A DNA stretch of 64,000 bases. It comes from Thermoanaerobaculia bacterium. GTDB lineage: Bacteria > Acidobacteriota > Thermoanaerobaculia > Multivoradales > UBA5704. Location: positions 223,213 through 287,212 of the forward strand of contig JBGAGQ010000001.1 in NCBI GenBank assembly GCA_044226625.1. Reading direction: 5' to 3'. A program made the position numbers and the translations under genes. Below the pieces are notes generated by a model. The model saw only the letters and a list, made by a program, of their open reading frames with translations, ran no database searches and had not been told where the DNA came from. Shown one piece after another: positions 58,031-64,000 of the stretch. The stretch's first letter is position 1. Each line of letters starts with the position of its first letter.

Positions 58031-58405
58031 ATGCCCAACGACTCGAACGTCAAGCTCCTTCTGGTGACCTTACTCGCGTACTGTCTTGGCGCTGGAGTGT
58101 TCAACCCGACGTTTCGCCAGGCCGCGAAGCTCTTCTCCAGAGACCCGGTGTCGACCGCGGCGAGCCCACGCCAGCCACCCGCGATCGCTCCGAACTCGTC
58201 GCTTGGCGACAGCGGTCCGCCATGGTCCGCAGCCGCCGCACCCACGGAGGAATCCGTGGTCTTCAACATCGAAACGTTGAAGTACCACTGCGCCGAATGC
58301 CAATGGGCGCAGCGCTGTAACCGCCATTGCAAGGTGATACCTCTCGCGGAAGCCAAGCGCCTGGGCGGGATCGCCTGCAAGGTCTGCGGGGGGCGCTGCC
58401 GCTGA
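58031..58405 (+). CDS. Small exported protein with C-terminal Cys/His metal-binding (Ada-like) domain
   Basis: GAGGA RBS, hydrophobic N-terminus, KYHCAEC...C...C...EAKRLG..ACKVC. Confidence 0.7.
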   Translation: MPNDSNVKLLLVTLLAYCLGAGVFNPTFRQAAKLFSRDPVSTAASPRQPPAIAPNSSLGDSGPPWSAAAAPTEESVVFNIETLKYHCAECQWAQRCNRHCKVIPLAEAKRLGGIACKVCGGRCR

Positions 58406-58442
58406 GATCTCGCTGCAATCCCGGATACACTCCGCCGCCAAG

Positions 58443-60014
58443 ATGACCCCACAATCCGAGCCGCGCCTTTCGACCTGGCAAGCCTTGGTCCGCGCCATGA
58501 CGTCTTGGCGGACCGCCTCGGTCACTTTGATGTCGTTCTCGTCGGGTCTGCCGCTCGGGTTGGTCTGGATTGCGATTCCGGACTGGATGACCAAGATCGG
58601 CGTCGACCTGCGAGTGGTCGGCCTGATCACGCTGGCCCAGGCGCCGTGGACGTTCAAATTCCTCTGGGCGCCGCTCATGGATCGGTACGTTCCGGGCAAG
58701 CGCATGGGGCGGCGGCGCGGGTGGATCGCGCTCGCCCAGGTGGCGCTGTTCGCGACCACGCTGTCGCTCGCCGGGGTCGGCGGCCATCCGGACGCTCCGT
58801 GGGTGGTGGGCGCCCTGGCGCTCGCGGTCGCGTTCGCCGCGGCGACGCAGGACATCGCGCTCGACGCCTACGCGGTCGACGTTCTGCGCCCGGAGGAGCA
58901 GGGCGTGGCGGTCGGCGCGCGCACGGCGATCTATCGGGCGGCGATGTACCTCGCGGGCGGGTTCTCGATCACGCTCGCCGGGATGACTTCCTGGCCGCTC
59001 GTGAACGCGATCCTCGCCGCGCTGTACCTTCCGCTGCTGATCGTCACCTGGAAGGCGCCCGAGCCCGAGGCGCAGCCTCCCGCGCCGAAGACGCTGCGCG
59101 AGGCGGTCTGGCTACCGTTCCTCGGCTTCCTGTCGCGCCATCGGGCGCTCGAAATCCTCGCCTTCGTCCTGCTCTACAAGTTCGCCGACCAGCTCGCGCA
59201 GACCCTCCAACGCTCTTTCCTGGTCCAGGCCGGCTACAGCGATTTCGACCGCGGCGTGGCGCTCGCGACGGTGGGGCTGTTCGGCAATCTGATCGGCGTC
59301 TTCCTAGGCGGCGCGCTCACCACCACGCTCGGGCTCGGCCGCTCGCTCTGGCTGTTCGGTTTCCTGCAGATCTTCTCGAACCTGGGCTACGTCGTCCTCT
59401 CCGTCCAGCCGGGACCGAACCGCTGGCTGATGTACGGCGCGATGGCGTTCGAGACCTTCGCCTCCGGAATGGGCACCGGAGCCTACGGCGTGCTGCTGCT
59501 GCGCCTCACGCAGAAGCGTTTCTCGGCCACGCAATACGCCCTCTTCTCCAGCCTGTTCGGCCTACCGCGGCTGCTCTCGGGGCCGATCACCGGGTTTCTG
59601 GTCCACGCGATCGGCTGGACGAACTTCTTCTGGTTCTCGATCGCCGCCGGGATTCCCGGCATGGCCCTCCTTGCCCGCTTCGTCCCCTGGGGTCAGCGCG
59701 AGCCGGAGTTCTCGGTCGAGCCACCGAAGACCCGGGATCGGCTCACCGGCGCGCAGCTGGCGATCCGCGGCGCGATCGGCGCCCTGGGCGGCCTCGCGAT
59801 CGGCGCGCTGATCCGCGCCACGCTTCGCGCGCTCGAGGGGATCAAGGACGGCAAGCCGTTCGCGCCGATGGCGGAGCTCCTGACCTTCCTCCAGCCGACC
59901 GACATCAAAGGTTGGCTTTCGCTCGTCGCGCTGGTGACGTTCGCCGCCGTCTGCGGCCTGTTCACCGCGGCGGTGGTCGCCGCCCGGCACGGGGCGGGGG
60001 CGGAGGCGGTGTGA
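58443..60014 (+). CDS. ampG: AmpG-like MFS muropeptide transporter
   Basis: FSSGLP, PWTFKFLWAPLMD, GRRRGW, ATQDIALDAY, LYKFAD, SATQYALFSS. Confidence 0.93.
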   Translation: MTPQSEPRLSTWQALVRAMTSWRTASVTLMSFSSGLPLGLVWIAIPDWMTKIGVDLRVVGLITLAQAPWTFKFLWAPLMDRYVPGKRMGRRRGWIALAQVALFATTLSLAGVGGHPDAPWVVGALALAVAFAAATQDIALDAYAVDVLRPEEQGVAVGARTAIYRAAMYLAGGFSITLAGMTSWPLVNAILAALYLPLLIVTWKAPEPEAQPPAPKTLREAVWLPFLGFLSRHRALEILAFVLLYKFADQLAQTLQRSFLVQAGYSDFDRGVALATVGLFGNLIGVFLGGALTTTLGLGRSLWLFGFLQIFSNLGYVVLSVQPGPNRWLMYGAMAFETFASGMGTGAYGVLLLRLTQKRFSATQYALFSSLFGLPRLLSGPITGFLVHAIGWTNFFWFSIAAGIPGMALLARFVPWGQREPEFSVEPPKTRDRLTGAQLAIRGAIGALGGLAIGALIRATLRALEGIKDGKPFAPMAELLTFLQPTDIKGWLSLVALVTFAAVCGLFTAAVVAARHGAGAEAV

Positions 60015-60121
60015 GAGATCGTTTGAACCGCCGGTGAGCTGGATCCGGCGTTCGGCCAAGCCCGGGCGTCGAAACCGCAAGACACGCCGGGGCGTAGGAT
60101 AGGGCAGGAGGTTCGACCGCG

Positions 60122-60313
60122 ATGCCCCTCACACTCTCTTCCCGACACCGAATGATCGCCGGAGTTTGCGGCGGAATCGCCGAGTGGCTCGGTTGGGACG
60201 TGACGTTGGTGCGCGTCCTCTACGTCGTCGTCTCGATCGTTTCCGCCGCGTTTCCCGGCATCCTGGCCTATATCGTCCTCGTCATCCTGATGCCCGAGGC
60301 CCCGAGGAACTAG
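60122..60313 (+). CDS. pspC: PspC domain protein
   Basis: RMIAGVCGGIAEWLGWDVTLVR...AYIVL.ILMP; AGGAGG RBS. Confidence 0.93.
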   Translation: MPLTLSSRHRMIAGVCGGIAEWLGWDVTLVRVLYVVVSIVSAAFPGILAYIVLVILMPEAPRN

Positions 60314-60319
60314 CCCAGG

Positions 60320-60520
60320 CTAGGCGACGTTGCAGGCCGAGGTCTCGACCGGTTCCGTCGGGCAGCCGGCGCTTCCCACCGGGCACCCCTGGGTGCACCA
60401 GCAATAGGTCTCGCCCGAGTCGTACGTCTCGTGGACGAGGCGCAGCCCGCCGAGGGCTCGTGCGGCGTCGGGACGGTTCAGGCGGAACAGCGTCTCGCGG
60501 CGAAGGTTGAGCTTCTTCAT
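60320..60520 (-). CDS. Lanthipeptide-like RiPP precursor 2 (66 aa)
   Basis: Leader KKLNLRRETLFRL...ALGG; core has 5 Cys and 8 Ser/Thr; AAGGAG RBS. Confidence 0.8.
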   Translation of the reverse strand: MKKLNLRRETLFRLNRPDAARALGGLRLVHETYDSGETYCWCTQGCPVGSAGCPTEPVETSACNVA

Positions 60521-60631
60521 CCCAGTCTCCTTTGGAAGGGTTTGCGCATCCTAGCTCGAAGGGATCACGGTGACGATTCCCGATCGATCTCCGGGGTAAA
60601 CTCCCGCCTCACCTCCGAAGGAGACTCGACG

Positions 60632-63253
60632 ATGCGCCGCATGATCGCGCTGTTCGCTTTCGCCTGGCTTGCCGGAAACGCCGTTTCGCTCGCCGCGGAG
60701 ATCCCGTCTCCGAAGGCGTTTCTCGGCCATGAGGTCGGCGCGGACCGGAAGCTCGCGCCATGGCCCAAGGTGATCGAGTACCTGCGCGCGGTGGATGCCG
60801 CGTCGGACCGGGTGTCGATCGAATCGGCCGGTACCTCGACGCTCGGTAACGACATGCCGGTGGTCGTCCTCACTTCGGCGGAAAACCAGAAGCACCTCGA
60901 CCGCTACCGCGAAATCTCGCGCCGGCTCGCCTTCCCCGAGGGGTTGTCCGAGGCTGAGGCGAAGGCGCTGATCGCCGAGGGCAAGACGATCGCGCTCGTC
61001 ACCTGCACGATCCACTCGACCGAGGTCGGCTCGACCCAGATGGCGATGGAGTTCGTCTACGAGATGGCGACGACCTCCGATCCGAAAAAGCTCTCTTGGC
61101 TGTCCGACGCGATCCTGCTGATCATGCCGTCGATCAACCCCGACGGTCAGGTGATGGTGGTCGACTGGTACGACAAATATCTGGGCACGCCCTTCGAAGG
61201 GGGCGACATGCCGTGGCTCTACCACCCGTACGTCGGCCACGACGACAACCGCGACTACTACATGCTTACGCAGAAGGAGACGCGCGCGGTCAACGGCGTG
61301 CTCTACCACCGTTGGTTCCCGCAGATCTTCGTCGACGAGCACCAGATGGGGACGACCGGCCCGCGCATGTTCGTGCCACCGCAGGCCGACCCGCTCGCCC
61401 CGGAGGTGAACTCGCTGATCTTCCGCCAGGCCGACCTGCTCGGCACGAACATGAGCCTGCGCCTCGAAGAGGGGGGCAAGCTCGGCGTCGGCAGCAACAT
61501 GATCTTCGACAGCTACTGGCCCGGCGGCACGCGCAACACCGCCTGGTGGAAGAACGTCACCGGCCTGCTCACGGAGGTCGCGAGCGCCGACATCGCCACG
61601 CCGATCCGGATCGAACCGGGCGAGCTGCGGGGAGGGGTCAAGGGGCTGGTCGAATACCAGCGCACCTCCAACTTCCCCTCCCCCTGGCCTGGCGGCTGGT
61701 GGCGCCTCCGCGACATCGTCGAGTACGAGCTGATCGCCACGCGGAGCTTCCTCGAATCGGCCGCGGAGAACCGCACGGGCCTGCTCACCAATTTCTGGCG
61801 CATGGCGCGCGAGGCGACCGAGCGCGGCAAGCGCGAGAGCCCGCGCGCTTGGGTCGTTTCCGCCGAGCAGTTCGACCCCTCGATGGCGCCGTTTCTCGCC
61901 GACCTGCTGATGGAGCACGGGGTCGAGGTCGAGCGCGCGACGGGGCCGTTCGTCTCCGGCGGCCGGATGTTTCCGGCCGGAAGTTTCGTGATCCCGGCCG
62001 CGCAGCCCTATCGCCAGTTCCTGCTCACGATGCTCCGGCCGCAGCGCTATCCCAAAGTGGTCGCGGCCGAAGGGGGCGAGATCCTCGCGCCGTACGACGT
62101 CACCTCCTGGTCGCTGCCGCTCGCGCTCGGGCTCGACGTCGTGGAGACGGACGAGCCGTTCCGCACGTCGGACGGCGGAGCTCCCGCGATCGCTGAGATC
62201 TCGAGCGTGCCGAGCGACGCCTGGCCCGGCGCCGACGTGCCGCGGAGCGCCGGAGGGTGGTGGATCTCCCACCGGGCCGACACGGCGCCGATCGCGATCA
62301 ACCGCCTGCTCGCGGGAAAGAAGGACGTACGCTGGCTCAAGGAGCCGATCCCGGCGCTCGGAGCCGCGAGCGGACCGGGCGACTTCTACCTCCCCGCGAA
62401 TGCCGCAACTCCTGAGGAGCTCTCCCGCCTCTCGCGGGAAGCCAAAGTCGCGATCCGACCGCTCGCGGAGGCCCCGACCGTGCCCTCCTGGTCGATGGCC
62501 GCGACGCGGATCGGCCTGTTCAAGCCGTGGGTCGCGACCGAGGACGAGGGGTGGACCCGCTTCCTGCTCGAGAAGTACGCCTTCCCGTTCGAGAACCTCG
62601 ACAACGCCGCGCTCAAGCAGGGAACGTTCCGCGGCAAGGTGGACGTCGTCCTGTTCCCCGCCGTCGATCCCGACATCCTCGAAAAGGGCGAGCCCGGCTC
62701 GGAAGAGGCCCGGCGCTTCTGGAACCCGCTGCCCGCGCCCTACGCCGGCGGGATCGACAAGGACGGCGGCGAGAAGCTCAAAAAATGGGTCGAGGACGGC
62801 GGCACGCTCGTGGCGCTCGACGAGTCGTGCGGCTACGCGATCCGTCTGCTCGGCCTGCCGGTCCGCAACGTGCTCGAGAAAGTCTCGACGCGGGACTTCC
62901 ACGCCCCGGGCTCGATGCTGCGCATCCGCCTGGACGGCGAGAACCCGCTCGCCCACGGTCTGCGCGCCGAAGAGGCCGCCTACTTCGCCGACTCGCCCGC
63001 GTTCCAGACCAGCCCCACCGATGCCCGCTTCGAGCGGAGCGTCGTCGCCTCGTACCCGGAGGAGGGGGAGGACATCCTGGTCAGCGGCTACCTCAAAGGC
63101 GCCGACCGGCTGGAGAAGCGCGCCGCGATGGTCGAGCTTCGCGTCGGCAAGGGGCGGGTCGTCCTGATCGGCTTCCGCGCCCAGCATCGAGCGCAGCCCC
63201 ATCGGACGTTCAAGCTACTGTGGAACGCACTCTACCGGGCGGGGCTCAAATAG
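60632..63253 (+). CDS. M14 zinc carboxypeptidase family protein, secreted
   Basis: AAGGAG RBS, signal peptide, IHSTE, NPDG, DDNRD, DEHQMG; C-terminal GATase-like domain. Confidence 0.92.
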   Translation: MRRMIALFAFAWLAGNAVSLAAEIPSPKAFLGHEVGADRKLAPWPKVIEYLRAVDAASDRVSIESAGTSTLGNDMPVVVLTSAENQKHLDRYREISRRLAFPEGLSEAEAKALIAEGKTIALVTCTIHSTEVGSTQMAMEFVYEMATTSDPKKLSWLSDAILLIMPSINPDGQVMVVDWYDKYLGTPFEGGDMPWLYHPYVGHDDNRDYYMLTQKETRAVNGVLYHRWFPQIFVDEHQMGTTGPRMFVPPQADPLAPEVNSLIFRQADLLGTNMSLRLEEGGKLGVGSNMIFDSYWPGGTRNTAWWKNVTGLLTEVASADIATPIRIEPGELRGGVKGLVEYQRTSNFPSPWPGGWWRLRDIVEYELIATRSFLESAAENRTGLLTNFWRMAREATERGKRESPRAWVVSAEQFDPSMAPFLADLLMEHGVEVERATGPFVSGGRMFPAGSFVIPAAQPYRQFLLTMLRPQRYPKVVAAEGGEILAPYDVTSWSLPLALGLDVVETDEPFRTSDGGAPAIAEISSVPSDAWPGADVPRSAGGWWISHRADTAPIAINRLLAGKKDVRWLKEPIPALGAASGPGDFYLPANAATPEELSRLSREAKVAIRPLAEAPTVPSWSMAATRIGLFKPWVATEDEGWTRFLLEKYAFPFENLDNAALKQGTFRGKVDVVLFPAVDPDILEKGEPGSEEARRFWNPLPAPYAGGIDKDGGEKLKKWVEDGGTLVALDESCGYAIRLLGLPVRNVLEKVSTRDFHAPGSMLRIRLDGENPLAHGLRAEEAAYFADSPAFQTSPTDARFERSVVASYPEEGEDILVSGYLKGADRLEKRAAMVELRVGKGRVVLIGFRAQHRAQPHRTFKLLWNALYRAGLK

Positions 63254-63296
63254 GGCCCGGCCGGGCGATTCGCTCCCCATGTTAGGCTCCCCGACG

Positions 63297-64000
63297 ATGG
63301 CCGTTCAGGATCTCCGCGAGCTTGCTCCGAGCACCCTGCGCCGGGAGGAACCGCATTTCGAGAGGAATCCGGGCACCGACCTCGATCTCGCCTGGGTGCG
63401 CGACGTCCGAGTGAACACGAGCGCCGTCGAGCGCCGGGCGGCAACGCTGCCGAAGCGCCGGACGGTCAAGAAAGAGTGGCAGGCCGCCTGGTACCTGCGC
63501 GCGGTCACCGTCATGGACCTGACCACGCTCCAGGGCGACGACACGCCGGGGCGGGTCGAGAGGCTGTGCGCCAAGGCGCGACGGCCGATCCGCACCGACC
63601 TTCTCGAGGCGCTCGGGGTCGAGCATCTCGATCTCCGGGTCGCCTCGGTCTGCGTCTATCACCAGCTGATCGCCCCGGCGCGCAAAGCGCTCGCGGGATC
63701 GGGCATTCCGGTCTGCGCGGTCTCCGCGGGCTTCCCGGCGGGGCAGAACCCGCTCCCCCTCCGCCTCGCCGAGATCCGCGCCTCGGTCGACGCGGGCGCC
63801 GAAGAGATCGACATCGTGATCAGCCGCGCTCACGTCCTCACCGGCGACTGGACCGCCCTCTACGACGAGGTCCGCGCCTTCCGTGAAGCGTGCGGCCCGG
63901 CGCACATGAAGGCGATCCTCGCGACCGGCGAGCTCGGCACGCTGCGCAACGTGGCGCGGGCGAGCCGGGTGGCACTCATGGCCGGCGCCGACTTCATCAA
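63297..64000 (+). CDS. deoC: Deoxyribose-phosphate aldolase (long type), 3'-truncated
   Basis: Manual translation: RTVKKEWQAAW..MDLTTLQGDDT..LCAKA..VCVY..GFPAG..GAEEIDIVI..KAILATGEL..AGADFI. Confidence 0.95.
   Translation, partial: MAVQDLRELAPSTLRREEPHFERNPGTDLDLAWVRDVRVNTSAVERRAATLPKRRTVKKEWQAAWYLRAVTVMDLTTLQGDDTPGRVERLCAKARRPIRTDLLEALGVEHLDLRVASVCVYHQLIAPARKALAGSGIPVCAVSAGFPAGQNPLPLRLAEIRASVDAGAEEIDIVISRAHVLTGDWTALYDEVRAFREACGPAHMKAILATGELGTLRNVARASRVALMAGADFI

Overview
High-GC bacterial chromosomal segment. Gene content and peptide families suggest Acidobacteriota (Thermoanaerobaculia-like); this is inference only. The backbone is housekeeping and envelope genes: glgB-malQ, tRNA-Thr(CGT), pdxJ, a sigma-54 response regulator, murJ, a LysM amidase, gatCA, a CCA/poly(A) nucleotidyltransferase, a PilT/PilU ATPase, lexA-ogt, an M16 pair, ampG, pspC, deoC, and S9, S41 and M14 peptidases. 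Accessory material: (i) three phased tandem arrays of quasi-palindromic 20-21 bp units (3996-4510, 4940-5254, 44679-45058), two of which bracket a small secreted 6-Cys peptide gene; (ii) two orphan lanthipeptide-like precursors 47 kb apart with a shared KLxLxRET leader and no modifying enzyme in the window; (iii) a signal-peptide RHS toxin locus with an upstream secreted partner, an Ntox24-like tip, a tandem double Imm53 and orphan immunity-like genes; (iv) a convergent, overlapping TcmP/DUF5131 pair beside a dynamin-like GTPase; (v) an AT-richer two-gene island with a trypsin-like protease; (vi) a beta-propeller/Vps62-like fusion downstream of the tRNA; (vii) a 9-heme cytochrome with Ig/PKD domains; (viii) several REP-like hairpin elements and a higA pseudogene. 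I found no CRISPR, integrase, transposase or reverse transcriptase. All family calls come from reading motifs by eye; no searches were run.
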